A stretch of 64,000 nt of DNA from Patescibacteria group bacterium (GTDB lineage Bacteria; Patescibacteriota; Minisyncoccia; 2-02-FULL-40-12; GWA2-44-9), in assembly GCA_038065515.1 (NCBI GenBank), contig JBBTQV010000016.1, positions 5,462 to 69,461 of the forward strand. Direction: 5' to 3'. Shown piece after piece: positions 17,756 through 27,714 of the stretch. The translations under genes were made by a program, and so were the position numbers. The notes under the pieces are model-generated. The model was given only the letters and a program-made list of their open reading frames with translations. It was not told the origin of the DNA and ran no database searches. How positions within the stretch are numbered: the stretch's first letter is position 1; each line of letters starts with the position of its first letter.

Positions 17756-19552
17756 TCACTTCTTCAGCATTTTCAAGAACACATCATGCGGAATCTGCAC
17801 GCGACCTTCGGCCTTCATGCGCTTCTTGCCTTTCGCCTGTTTCTTGAGCAGTTTCATTTTGCGGGTCACATCTCCTCCATACAGGTAGCCCGTCACATCT
17901 TTTCGCAATGCGCTGATGGTCTCCCGTGCGATTATTTTCCCGCCCAACGCCGCCTGAAGCGTGACTTCAAACCACTGCTTCGGCAGTACCTCTTTGAGTT
18001 TGGTGACCATCGTGCGTCCGACATACGCCGCCTGTTCTCGCGGCACGATGCGTGAAAACGGTTCCACAAGTTCACCGGCAACCAGCGTGTCGAGGCGCAC
18101 CAGGTCGTATGATTGCACTCCTGCCGGCTCATAGCTCATGGAAGCATACCCCTGCGAGACCGATTTCAACCGGTCGTAGAAGTCGGTGACGATTTCTGAA
18201 AGAGGGACTCGATATTTGAGCACCGATGTCTCGGTACCGATATATTCGGTAGCGATGTACATATTGCGGATGGTACCCATGAGCTCCATGACTGCGCCCA
18301 TATACTGCACGGGAGCTATGACCTCAAGCGCAACGACCGGTTCGGCAATGTCGGTCCATCGCGACGGGTCGGGCAATAACGCGGCGGAGCGCACCAGCTC
18401 GGTACTCCCATCGTTCATTTGCACTTCGTACTGCACCGATGGTGTCGTCACAATGAGCTTGAGCCCGAACTCCCGCGTGAGCCGTTCGCTGACAATTTCC
18501 ACATGAAGCATTCCCAGAAACCCGAGGCGGAAACCGCGTCCAAGCCCTGCGGATGATTCCGGTTCGTATTGCAACGCCGCATCAGTGAGTTTCAACTTGC
18601 CTAATGCGTCTTTGAGCTCATCATATTGCTCACCGTTTTCGGGAAAGAAACTTGCGAACACCATCGGACGAATTTCGCGGTATCCCGGCAATGGCTCAAA
18701 ATGCGCAGGGTCGGTGCCCGCCATAGTGATAGTGTCACCCACTCTGATTTCTCCGGGGTCTTTTAATCCGGTTGCCACATATCCGATTTGTCCTTCATCC
18801 AACCGTTGTGCCGCAGTCAGTTTCGGCGCAAAATACCCGACCTCCAGCGCATCGGCGCGCGTCCGTGTCGCCCACGCCATGATTTTGTCGTTGTGGCGAA
18901 TGGAACCGGATACGACGCGAACAAATGCAAGAACGCCTTTGTACGCATCAAATGAAGAATCGAAGATGATTGCGCGCGTATTCTTGTCATGCGTCCGGCT
19001 TTGGGGCGCTGGCACGATACGGATAACGCTGTCGAGCAATGCCTGTACATTGTGTCCGGTCTTGCCGGAAATCTCGAGTATTTCTGATTCTTCAACGCCC
19101 AACAGATAGGATAATTCTTCCTTCACCTGTGCCGTGCGTGCGGTTGGCATATCGATCTTGTTCACCGCCGGTATGATGGTGAGCCCCTGGCGTTGCGCAA
19201 GATGCAAATTCGCCAGCGTTTGCGCCTGCACACCCTTCGTTGCGTCCACCAGCAAGATAGCTCCTTCGACGGCAGCCAGCGACCGGCTGACCTCGTATGA
19301 GAAATCGACATGGCCCGGCGTGTCGATAAGATTCATCTCGTATTCGGTGCCGTCGAGCGTGTAGTGCATCCGCACCGGCTGCAGTTTAATGGTGATTCCC
19401 CGCTCGCGTTCAAGCTCCATCGTGTCCAGATACTGCTCTTTCATGTTGCGCTTCTGCACGGTGCCGGTCAGCTCCAAAAAACGGTCCGCAAGCGTGGACT
19501 TCCCATGGTCGATATGGGCGATTATACAAAAATTTCTGATGTGGCTGGTCAT
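17756..19552 (-). CDS. lepA: elongation factor 4 (LepA)
   Basis: G-domain AHIDHGKST, DTPGHVDF, NKIDM. Full-length LepA C-terminal domain. Confidence 0.95.
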   Translation of the reverse strand: MTSHIRNFCIIAHIDHGKSTLADRFLELTGTVQKRNMKEQYLDTMELERERGITIKLQPVRMHYTLDGTEYEMNLIDTPGHVDFSYEVSRSLAAVEGAILLVDATKGVQAQTLANLHLAQRQGLTIIPAVNKIDMPTARTAQVKEELSYLLGVEESEILEISGKTGHNVQALLDSVIRIVPAPQSRTHDKNTRAIIFDSSFDAYKGVLAFVRVVSGSIRHNDKIMAWATRTRADALEVGYFAPKLTAAQRLDEGQIGYVATGLKDPGEIRVGDTITMAGTDPAHFEPLPGYREIRPMVFASFFPENGEQYDELKDALGKLKLTDAALQYEPESSAGLGRGFRLGFLGMLHVEIVSERLTREFGLKLIVTTPSVQYEVQMNDGSTELVRSAALLPDPSRWTDIAEPVVALEVIAPVQYMGAVMELMGTIRNMYIATEYIGTETSVLKYRVPLSEIVTDFYDRLKSVSQGYASMSYEPAGVQSYDLVRLDTLVAGELVEPFSRIVPREQAAYVGRTMVTKLKEVLPKQWFEVTLQAALGGKIIARETISALRKDVTGYLYGGDVTRKMKLLKKQAKGKKRMKAEGRVQIPHDVFLKMLKK

Positions 19553-19603
19553 GCGATGAGTGTGCTAATCTAGCAGAAATACTAGAGTAAATCAAGGTTG
19601 AGC

Positions 19604-19632
19604 TTGACTTTTTGTGTATTTTGGAGTATAAT
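19604..19632 (+). promoter_or_regulatory. consensus sigma70-type promoter (TTGACT-17 nt-TATAAT)
   Basis: TTGACT at 19604-19609, 17-nt spacer, TATAAT at 19627-19632. About 25 bp upstream of RBS AGGAGG/ATG 19659. Confidence 0.6.
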
Positions 19633-19658
19633 GGTTGTGTTGATAGGAGGAAGAAGAA

Positions 19659-19997
19659 ATGCAGCTCTTTCAGAAGCTATTTCGAAAGCCCCAAGCCATG
19701 CCCGCGCATGAATTGGCCGTAGTCGACTTCGATCATGGCGGGTGTATCACCATCGCGACGCGTCATCGGCGGCTAGATTTGCCGAGGAAACGCAGGGACA
19801 TCAGACTCCACGATACACTGCTGTCACACGAGCCGTACGCACATTGCGGAGGAAAGGTCATCTACCGCAGACGATTCGGATGGCTCATCTGTGAGTACTG
19901 CGGCCAACTCTGGCTACGGCCTCTGGAGGCGACTACGCTAGGTAGTCTTCTTCAGCATTTCCACGATGCAGGGTTCGCATGCATCTGGAAGTGGTAA
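19659..19997 (+). CDS. hypothetical protein with CxxC...CxxC zinc-ribbon
   Basis: Strong RBS. Cys pairs (HCGGK...CEYCG). No family recognised. Confidence 0.5.
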   Translation: MQLFQKLFRKPQAMPAHELAVVDFDHGGCITIATRHRRLDLPRKRRDIRLHDTLLSHEPYAHCGGKVIYRRRFGWLICEYCGQLWLRPLEATTLGSLLQHFHDAGFACIWKW

Positions 19998-20010
19998 GCG
20001 GTGACGGGCA

Positions 20011-20040
20011 AAAAGGCCACGCGATGAGCGTGGCCTTTAT
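20011..20040. terminator. rho-independent terminator (bidirectional, between convergent genes)
   Basis: ggccacgc-gatga-gcgtggcc stem-loop followed by TTTAT. Confidence 0.6.
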
Positions 20041-22211
20041 CATTTCAGCGTGGCCTCAATTTGCACATCCCGTGCAAAGCCATCATGCAATCGCCAGCTG
20101 TCCGGCCACTCGGTCAATTTCGGCTTTGAACTTGTAACCGAAACAGATACGCTTTTTTGTAGAGTAAACTCAAAATCGGTGACATCCAGCCCGGGCTGCC
20201 GTTGCACCAATAGCTGATAGTTGTCGGCCACAACACGCGCCGGCACTACATATTCAATCTGCACCGCTTCAGTGGTGCCCGGTTCTACGGACATCCAAAA
20301 TGCAAATCCTGTTTTTCCGGATTCTGCGTATGTCACAGCTCCGCGCGTATCTTTTTTATATGTCGCTTCCAGCGCAACTAAATCCGCATCGCGGACAGCC
20401 TTTTCATTTGTATAATCCATCAGCGGACGGTATGAGGGATTCTCATTACCACTGATGCCGCGCAACACCGAGCCTTCCGGTACCAACACGCGTATCCATG
20501 AATGATTCGACTTGTTGTAAAATCCAAAGTCACTGGTCCCCCCGTTGTGCCGACGGGTCAGCGTCAACCGGTGCACCATGGTCCCGTCCTGAAGCCAGCT
20601 CTCCAGTTTCATCGTGGTATCGGTAACCGCATCGCTTTTCGCACCCTTGATGTTGGAAATATCCACCATCAGATAATCCCCGTTCGTTTGCTTCACTCCG
20701 CCGTCAAACCCTTCGGACACAACATATTTCTCCATCGCGTCGTCTTCGAAGTACATTATGATGTCGCGCGCATCCAGACCGTCTTTGAACAATGTCAGCA
20801 ATTGCGCCCACTGCGATGCGGGAGCAGAGCTTAGCCGCTGCATGATCAACGGTGCCAGGTCGACGATAATCTGCTTCGGGTGCGGACTGTTTGTGTCTTC
20901 GACTTCCGACTGCAGTGTTGCAAGAACATTATCCGCAGTGAGCAGTGTATCGTATTTCGGAAGCGACACGGGGCCCGTAATTTTCAGAATACCGGCCAGG
21001 ATATCCGGCTTGATGGTAATGACTCCGTCCACCGCGGCACCTCCGCCGCGCTGCCAGTACGACATCACCTTGCGCGCCGATGCCGGGAAATCTATCCACC
21101 ATGCGGCATCGCGCATCCCCCATCCGGGCGTAATGTGTTGCAACTGCAGCGGCGGCACGACAAGTTCCTTGATTTGGCCGTCCGGATTGTAAATATCATC
21201 GGCGCGGAAATCTTTGACACGCCCCTTTTCGAATGTCAGCAGACCGTAACTGCCGGGGAACCCGCCGGTCGGCCGCAACTCGCTGGAGTTTGTGAACAGC
21301 ACCAGGTACCGGCGCGGACGGTCGGTGCCCGTCAGACTCGACAGAAATCCCGTCATCGAGACGGTACGCCCGACCAGTTCTTCAACAGCAGGCAAACGGT
21401 CGCGGAGCGAGATGAACTGCCCGCTGTATTGATCGGGTAATTCTTGCGGATTGATTCCTCCGATGAGCGCTGATGCTGTATCAACATCTTTCTGCGCCCG
21501 GGCAAGCGCATCACGAAATGGTGCCAACGCATCGCCCAAGGAGGTTTTTTCGACGGAGCCCGCGTCCAAGATGCCGCCGGAAGTGGTCAGCGTATCCAGT
21601 GCACCGCTGAGCGCGATGCCGGCGTCGGAAATAAGCCGTCCTGCATCGAGCAGGTCGCGGCCGATACGCAACGAAGACAGGCCGGGAATGTGAGAAATCA
21701 AATTGATGAACGACGGACCAAGCATGTCCAGCTCACGACTGGCTCCGTCGAACTGTTCGCGTGCCTGGTTCAGGTCTGTTTTCGCGCCTTCGACATCAAG
21801 TTGCTCGAGACTGTCTTTCGCACTCATCAAATATCCGATGGCGGCATTGCCCTGCTGAACAACTCTGTTTTTCACTTTGCCGCCGTATTGACTCACATAT
21901 AAAAGTCCCGCAACAACAATACCGGCACCTAATACCCACGGTACGAGCGTGGCAAGCCCTCGCCAGTTGCGAGAAGCCGGCGGCGCTTTTTGCGGATGTT
22001 TCAGACGGTGCCGGCCCGCGTTCACCCACGCATCAATAGGATGCATCTGCACCGGAGCGAATTGCGCAACGGGAAGCTCGTCAGATGTGCTCTGACGCGC
22101 AACACGGATTGTCTGCTCCAGTTCGCGGACGATATCTTCGGAAACTTCAACGGCGTCCGCGCGCGCGCGGACATCGACAACATCGCCGGAGTATCGGCGT
22201 CGGGATTGCAT
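20040..22211 (-). CDS. DUF4012-like membrane-anchored protein (polysaccharide/cell-envelope locus component)
   Basis: N-terminal TM after ~95 aa, large extracytoplasmic domain (ELRPTGGFPGSYG...YNPDG). Family assignment from memory, moderate confidence. Confidence 0.55.
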   Translation of the reverse strand: MQSRRRYSGDVVDVRARADAVEVSEDIVRELEQTIRVARQSTSDELPVAQFAPVQMHPIDAWVNAGRHRLKHPQKAPPASRNWRGLATLVPWVLGAGIVVAGLLYVSQYGGKVKNRVVQQGNAAIGYLMSAKDSLEQLDVEGAKTDLNQAREQFDGASRELDMLGPSFINLISHIPGLSSLRIGRDLLDAGRLISDAGIALSGALDTLTTSGGILDAGSVEKTSLGDALAPFRDALARAQKDVDTASALIGGINPQELPDQYSGQFISLRDRLPAVEELVGRTVSMTGFLSSLTGTDRPRRYLVLFTNSSELRPTGGFPGSYGLLTFEKGRVKDFRADDIYNPDGQIKELVVPPLQLQHITPGWGMRDAAWWIDFPASARKVMSYWQRGGGAAVDGVITIKPDILAGILKITGPVSLPKYDTLLTADNVLATLQSEVEDTNSPHPKQIIVDLAPLIMQRLSSAPASQWAQLLTLFKDGLDARDIIMYFEDDAMEKYVVSEGFDGGVKQTNGDYLMVDISNIKGAKSDAVTDTTMKLESWLQDGTMVHRLTLTRRHNGGTSDFGFYNKSNHSWIRVLVPEGSVLRGISGNENPSYRPLMDYTNEKAVRDADLVALEATYKKDTRGAVTYAESGKTGFAFWMSVEPGTTEAVQIEYVVPARVVADNYQLLVQRQPGLDVTDFEFTLQKSVSVSVTSSKPKLTEWPDSWRLHDGFARDVQIEATLK

Positions 22212-22217
22212 ACCCGT

Positions 22218-23360
22218 TCAGTATACCACGGAGCGCAGTTGCTGCAGCGTCTGACGGGCAGTATCAGGCCATGAAAATCGCGTAACGCGTTCGTATCCTT
22301 TCGCAATCAGCCGCGACCGTAGCCCTGCGTCAAGCAACACCGCTTCTAATGCGGCGGTAATACCTTCAATACGGTACGGATCCACCAGAAGTCCTGCGTC
22401 TCCGATAACCTCCACAACCGATGATGTCGCGCCAGCCACAACCGGTGTCCCGCACGCCATAGCCTCCAACGGCGGGAATCCGAACCCTTCTAAAAGCGAT
22501 GGGTACGCCAGAACGGATGCCGCAGACAGTATCAGCGGCCGCTCCGCGCGGTCAATCCGGTCGAGAAACTTCACCATACCGGGAGTGCGTGTTGCACGGA
22601 TCGACCGCATCAACTCCTGCTCCATCCAACCGGACTGACCGGCGATAACCAGTTGCATATTCTGCATACCCTCTCTGCGCCGAAGCAGGTTCCACGCCGC
22701 CACGAGAGCGGGAAGATTTTTGCGCGGCTCGCGTGTTCCCAATGCCAGTATAAACGGCCCTTCGATGTCGTGCGATTCGCACCACTGCCGTATGACTTGC
22801 TCCGACGGACGGCGCAGCAGCGGATCCGTACCCGAATGCACGACGGCGATGCGTTCCGGTGCGATGCCGTACACACCGGTGAGGTCGTCGGCCGTCGACC
22901 GGGAAACCGCAATAATGCGGTCTGACGCCCGCACCTGCGCGCGCGGACGCATCTGAATGTCGTGCCAGCGGCGGCGGTGCCACGACAACAACTGCGGCAT
23001 GCGCTCGTACGAGAGGTCATGCCATGTCATCACTCGCCGACATGATGGTGAGAGTGCCCCCAGTAAGAAATGCGGAAAGAAAAACACATCGACGCCTCCG
23101 ATGATGGTATCCAGAAACGGACGCCCGGTGAGCCGCGTCCGCAACCACAGCGCGCGGTTGGACATGCCGGTTTCATACACTTTCACATTGGGCATCTCCA
23201 TCCATGACCGTCGCGTCAACGGCGCACGGCCGCTATAAAACAGTTTCCACTGCACAGCGAACTCCAACGGAATCATGTGCGCCAACAACTGTTCGGTATA
23301 TTCTTCAATACCGCTCGCGCGTCCGGTTCCCAACACCCTGATATCAACTCCAATCCTCAT
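22218..23360 (-). CDS. glycosyltransferase family 4 (GT-B, group 1)
   Basis: EGFGFPPLEAMACGTPVV (E-x7-E motif region). Confidence 0.8.
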   Translation of the reverse strand: MRIGVDIRVLGTGRASGIEEYTEQLLAHMIPLEFAVQWKLFYSGRAPLTRRSWMEMPNVKVYETGMSNRALWLRTRLTGRPFLDTIIGGVDVFFFPHFLLGALSPSCRRVMTWHDLSYERMPQLLSWHRRRWHDIQMRPRAQVRASDRIIAVSRSTADDLTGVYGIAPERIAVVHSGTDPLLRRPSEQVIRQWCESHDIEGPFILALGTREPRKNLPALVAAWNLLRRREGMQNMQLVIAGQSGWMEQELMRSIRATRTPGMVKFLDRIDRAERPLILSAASVLAYPSLLEGFGFPPLEAMACGTPVVAGATSSVVEVIGDAGLLVDPYRIEGITAALEAVLLDAGLRSRLIAKGYERVTRFSWPDTARQTLQQLRSVVY

Positions 23361-23983
23361 CTGTCAATGGGCACCATTGACAGATCGTCGGTGGCGCATT
23401 TATCTGATCGATACTCTTCAATAAATTTCGAGTATCCCGCTCGATCTGGGAACTGGCTAAGAATAATGTCTTTTTCACACCATTCGCCATTCCCCTCCCC
23501 AAAGTATTCCCCACAACTACTCCATTGATACGCTGCTGAATTTTTCACTAGACCATCCTTGCAGGGGTTATTATGTATATATGCCGAGAGATTTTTGAGA
23601 TATTGATTATCTCCGATATTTCTTTGCTTAAATTGGTCTTGGAATATGTGGCCGACTCTTTTGTGTTTCAGATTGAAATATTTTGAATAGCTTGTGCAAA
23701 TTCTCATCATGAGAACGCTCGTAGGAATTTCTTTGTTCTGTCCGATTAATAAGTGAAAATGATTCGGCATGAGACAATATGCGATAAGTGAAAATGCCCC
23801 CACCGGGAGCGAATGCATTCTCCGTGGTAATTTATTACGATCGGGATAAATATTCTGGACAAGTCGGAGTAAAAAGAATTGATAATCAGCGGAATCAAGA
23901 AAAATATCCTGCCTTGCGTTCCCCCGATTATAAATATGAAAATACCCACCCGGCACAGAATCTTTGTAGTCGCGATCATTCAT
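23357..23983 (-). CDS. IS200-like / REP-associated Y1 (HUH) tyrosine transposase
   Basis: YHIYNRGNARQDIF, HUH motif LMPNHFHLLI, catalytic Tyr region YIHNNPCKDGLV...YQWSS. Start likely MNDRDYK. AT-rich relative to flanks. Confidence 0.75.
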   Translation of the reverse strand: MNDRDYKDSVPGGYFHIYNRGNARQDIFLDSADYQFFLLRLVQNIYPDRNKLPRRMHSLPVGAFSLIAYCLMPNHFHLLIGQNKEIPTSVLMMRICTSYSKYFNLKHKRVGHIFQDQFKQRNIGDNQYLKNLSAYIHNNPCKDGLVKNSAAYQWSSCGEYFGEGNGEWCEKDIILSQFPDRAGYSKFIEEYRSDKCATDDLSMVPIDR

Positions 23984-24075
23984 ATGCCCGATACTAGAGT
24001 GTTTTCTGACGCTGTCAATGGTGCCCATTGCCATCTAGGGTAGCTCGTGGCTCATAACAGCGCTAATAGGCCATG

Positions 24076-25152
24076 TTAGCTGTTCAGAAGCGTAGACATT
24101 TTCTTAACAAACACCGGAATATCGAAACGGTCGGCCTGACCCCGGCATACCGTTGGTAGCCACTTCATCCGGCTCGCACGGTCCACGGCCGCCATCAGAG
24201 ACTCTTCGGTTTGTTCATCAAAAAACACGCCGGTGATGCGGTCGATAATCGTTTCCAGTGCGCCGCCGCCGCGGTATGCGATGACGGGACGACCGGAAGC
24301 CATGGCTTCGAGCGGGACAATGCCGAAATCCTCTTCCTGCGGGAACAGCACTGCACGGGCATCGCCGTACAGTACGGCAAGCTGTTCGTCAGTGATCGCG
24401 CCGATAAACTCGATGTTCGGTTTGGCCAGTGCGCGCAGGCGACGCTCTTCAACGCCGGTGCCCACGATTTTCAGCGGCCAACCCAGCCGGTTAAACGCAC
24501 GAATGGCCAAATCAAAATTCTTGTACGCCACCAGCCGTCCGACCATGAGCCAGTAACTTCCCGGCTTATGGCTGACCGCAAATTTCGAGACATTCACCGG
24601 CGGATACACCACAACGGAATCTTTTCCGTAGTATTTAGCGATACGCCGTTTCACACAATCGGATATGGCAATCCATTCGTCCACGCGCTCGGCGGCCTGG
24701 CGGTCCCACACGCGCAGGTACGACAATCCCAACGGCGCGAGCTTGCCGATAGGAATCGGATACCCGAACCGTTGTGCAAACCGCTGGCTGTCATCCCACA
24801 AAAACCGCGGAGGGGTGAGGCAGTAACAAATGTGCCGCGTGTGCGGCGCCGTAATCACGCCTTTGGCGAACGATGCCGATACCGACAGCACGGTGTCGAA
24901 CGCGCCGGTATCAAACTGCTCGATAGCCAGCGGCATCAGCGGTGAATACAAGTGGTGCCACCGCCGTGCAAACGGCAGGCGCTGGAGAAACGATGTTCGT
25001 ATTATTTTGCCGTCGAACACTCCTCCGGTCATCGCGCGGTCGTAGAGTGTGGTGTAGATGGGCGCGTATGGCAACATCGTGCCGAGCACCTGCAGGACGC
25101 GTTCGGCGCCGCCGTACTGATTCAGATATTCATGGATGATAGCGGCTTTCAT
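24076..25152 (-). CDS. glycosyltransferase family 4 (GT-B, group 1)
   Basis: GIVPLEAMASGRPVIAYRGGGALETI. Confidence 0.8.
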   Translation of the reverse strand: MKAAIIHEYLNQYGGAERVLQVLGTMLPYAPIYTTLYDRAMTGGVFDGKIIRTSFLQRLPFARRWHHLYSPLMPLAIEQFDTGAFDTVLSVSASFAKGVITAPHTRHICYCLTPPRFLWDDSQRFAQRFGYPIPIGKLAPLGLSYLRVWDRQAAERVDEWIAISDCVKRRIAKYYGKDSVVVYPPVNVSKFAVSHKPGSYWLMVGRLVAYKNFDLAIRAFNRLGWPLKIVGTGVEERRLRALAKPNIEFIGAITDEQLAVLYGDARAVLFPQEEDFGIVPLEAMASGRPVIAYRGGGALETIIDRITGVFFDEQTEESLMAAVDRASRMKWLPTVCRGQADRFDIPVFVKKMSTLLNS

Positions 25153-25200
25153 ATAAAATTAAACTTCAAGAATCAAATATCAAAATGACAATGAATAAAT

Positions 25201-25578
25201 CTAAATAGTTTTCTTCTTTTTGAGCGTCAAGATACTTGGACCCAATATGTTAGCAATTTCGGTAATTTCAGCGAGCAGGAGAGTTGCTTTTGATTCCGTA
25301 GCTTGCTTGGTGTCGCGTAACAATGCAAGCCAAAGTTTCGATTCATTCGCTGACTTCAGGGAATGGGTGAAGAAATTGATAAAATCCCGACGGGAGCTAG
25401 CCGCCGAAGCTTCGGTATAGTTGGCAATAATACTCGTTCCGCTTCTTAACAACTGCTTCCCCATAACATCGCCAGAAGTACCTTTTGGCAGATGCTCAAC
25501 AAAGCTCACGAGATTGAGAGTCCATTGATAGAGGCGTTTTTTGAACTCGTATTTGAATTTTGATGTGTCATTTTGCAT
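25201..25578 (-). CDS. four-helix-bundle protein (23S rRNA intervening-sequence protein / Avd family)
   Basis: 125 aa. LY.W......V..LPK and C-terminal ..LAEITEIANIL pattern typical of this family. AT-rich. Same family as DGR Avd, but no RT adjacent. Confidence 0.65.
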   Translation of the reverse strand: MQNDTSKFKYEFKKRLYQWTLNLVSFVEHLPKGTSGDVMGKQLLRSGTSIIANYTEASAASSRRDFINFFTHSLKSANESKLWLALLRDTKQATESKATLLLAEITEIANILGPSILTLKKKKTI

Positions 25579-25602
25579 TTTGATATTTTATTTTTGATTT
25601 CT

Positions 25603-26988
25603 CTACACTGCCGAACGGTCCCACAACATCCGCGCGGCGGTGCGCACCATGATGCGAACATCCAGCCAGAGCGTCCAGTTCTCGATATAAAATGTGTCAA
25701 GCGCGACCTCGTCTTCAAACGGCAGGTCACTTGCACCGCTCACCTGTGCGAGTCCTGTAGCGCCGGCTTTGATTGCCAGCACCTTGCGGTGATGTTTTTC
25801 ATATTTCGCGATTTCGTCGGACTGATGCGGACGCGGACCCACCAGGCTGATGTCTCCGGTGAGCACATTCATGAATTGCGGCAATTCGTCGAGTCGTGTG
25901 TGACGGATAAACTTGCCGACTTTTGTGATACGCGGATCGTCGCGCATCTTAAACAGCGGGCCGTCTGCGCGTTCATTGCGCGCTGCCAACAATGGTTTGA
26001 GCTCTTCAGCATTCTCAACCATACTCCGAAACTTATACAGACCGAATGAATGTCCCCGCGACACGCGGTACAAACGCACCAGTACCGGCCCCGCAGTTTC
26101 CCATTTGATTGCAAATGACACGACGGCAAATACCGGCGATAACAACACAAGCGCCACCATACTGCCGATGATATCAATGATACGCTTGAACACCTTCCCC
26201 CACCCATCCAACGCCGTACACCGCAATTCGACGACCGGGATGCGCCCGATGGCATCTACATCGTAGTGCGTGGTGAGCGTCTGATAGATGTTCGGAACAA
26301 ATTTAAAAATGATATGGCGTTCGTGACAAAAGTCCACAAGGCTGACGATGCGGTCCGCCGGATAATCGGGGTTCGCCAATAGGACCTCATCCACTCCCGG
26401 ATTGCCGATGGATGCCGCAATTTCGGAAAGATCCGGATCATCAAGGCGCTTCACGACACGCCAGCCTAAACCGCGGTCTGCGGCCATCGTTTGTTCGAGT
26501 TGGCGGGTCACGCGGTCGTTGCCGATAAGTAGTATACGGTGAACGCCGATATTATACCGGGCCATCAGCCGCCGCTGCACGCTCCGCAAGACAAGCCGTC
26601 CGACTGAAATCATCGCCGTCGCCAATACCCAATAACCAATAACTAAAAAGCGTGAGTTAAACGCCTCCGCGCGTACAAAAATCACAAGAATGACTATCAT
26701 CATCGCCGCACTGGACGCGACGATGATGCGGGCGGTCTCCTGCGGTACGGTCATCCGCAGTTTCATGGCATACAAACCGCTTGCGGCATACATCAGCACA
26801 AACAACACGGAGACCACCAGTACAAGCCACACGAACCTATCCAGCGGAAGTTGCGGCCCGAAAAGCACCGGACGCCACGCATCCAGTACCCGGGTACGGA
26901 GAATATAAATGGCTACACCGGCGGCCACAAGCACCAGAAAATCCAGTGGCACCCGGAGCACATTGAATATAAAATCACCCTTTTTCAT
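25603..26988 (-). CDS. wbaP: initiating sugar-phosphate transferase (WbaP/WcaJ-like bacterial sugar transferase)
   Basis: 5 TM N-terminal region. C-terminal catalytic domain PVLVRLYRVSRG...FKMRDDPRITKVGKFIRHTRLDELPQ. Confidence 0.85.
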   Translation of the reverse strand: MKKGDFIFNVLRVPLDFLVLVAAGVAIYILRTRVLDAWRPVLFGPQLPLDRFVWLVLVVSVLFVLMYAASGLYAMKLRMTVPQETARIIVASSAAMMIVILVIFVRAEAFNSRFLVIGYWVLATAMISVGRLVLRSVQRRLMARYNIGVHRILLIGNDRVTRQLEQTMAADRGLGWRVVKRLDDPDLSEIAASIGNPGVDEVLLANPDYPADRIVSLVDFCHERHIIFKFVPNIYQTLTTHYDVDAIGRIPVVELRCTALDGWGKVFKRIIDIIGSMVALVLLSPVFAVVSFAIKWETAGPVLVRLYRVSRGHSFGLYKFRSMVENAEELKPLLAARNERADGPLFKMRDDPRITKVGKFIRHTRLDELPQFMNVLTGDISLVGPRPHQSDEIAKYEKHHRKVLAIKAGATGLAQVSGASDLPFEDEVALDTFYIENWTLWLDVRIMVRTAARMLWDRSAV

Positions 26989-27044
26989 GAGATGGGGTCA
27001 GGATTCATCTGGCTGGGTATACCACAAATACCGACCACTCTCAA

Positions 27045-27082
27045 TGCAAAACCCTCACTTAATGATTAAGTGAGGGTTTTGC
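27045..27082 (-). terminator. rho-independent terminator downstream of rnpB
   Basis: 15-bp perfect inverted repeat aaaccctcacttaat/attaagtgagggttt with flanking T/A runs. Confidence 0.6.
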
Positions 27083-27091
27083 GCCTGCCTG

Positions 27092-27553
27092 CCGGCAGGG
27101 TCGGTGCGTGCGATAAGCCGAGTTCTGTCCCCCATCATGTCGCCATGGTGGGGGGACCGTCATTTATCTGCGATGTGTGTTGCCACACACCTGTAGCCCA
27201 CCTTCGCTCTTGCGAGCTTCGGCGGACAATAGCGTACGAACTTTTCGCTGTGCCCTCCATAGCTTTAGCGACGGAGGGAATCAACGCTGTACTTGCACTC
27301 CGGTAAGGATTTAGCCGTTTCACCCCCGGTCTTGTTACCCGCGACCGGGATTGAGCGTAGCCTCCGATAGAATCGATGGCCCTGGGTCAGCTCTCCTGCA
27401 CCTTTCGGCGCAGATCGTCTCTGCTCGCACCTCTTGGCTTGCGCCAGACGGGAATTACCCGCTACCATTCTCAGTGCCATGTGGCACCGTAGTGCTCGGA
27501 CTTTCCTCACTCAGCCTTGCGGCCAGGCGCGACAGTCTGCACGCACCGACTCC
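27092..27553 (-). ncRNA. rnpB: RNase P RNA (bacterial type A)
   Basis: Minus strand carries GAGGAAAGTCCGAGC (P4 5' strand) and ACAGAACTCGGCTTATCG (P4 3' strand). P1 pairs GTCGGTGCGTGC with GCACGCACCGAC. GGGGGTGAAACGG J11/12-like. -10 TATACT at 27557-27562. Ends approximate (+/-10 nt). Confidence 0.8.
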
Positions 27554-27647
27554 TGTAGTATAGCACAGTTTTTATAGAAAAGCCAGCACTTGCCGATCTG
27601 GTGCCTACTACAATAATACTAGACTAGCAATTACAAGGGGCTCGTAT

Positions 27648-27676
27648 TTGACATTCCTTAGTTTGTATGCTATGAT
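27648..27676 (+). promoter_or_regulatory. sigma70-type promoter (TTGACA-17-TATGAT)
   Basis: TTGACA at 27648-27653, 17-nt spacer, TATGAT at 27671-27676. GGAGG RBS at 27705 and ATG at 27715. Confidence 0.55.
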
Positions 27677-27714
27677 GAACATAGTTCCATTCTGGAACAT
27701 TTTGGAGGTACGCG

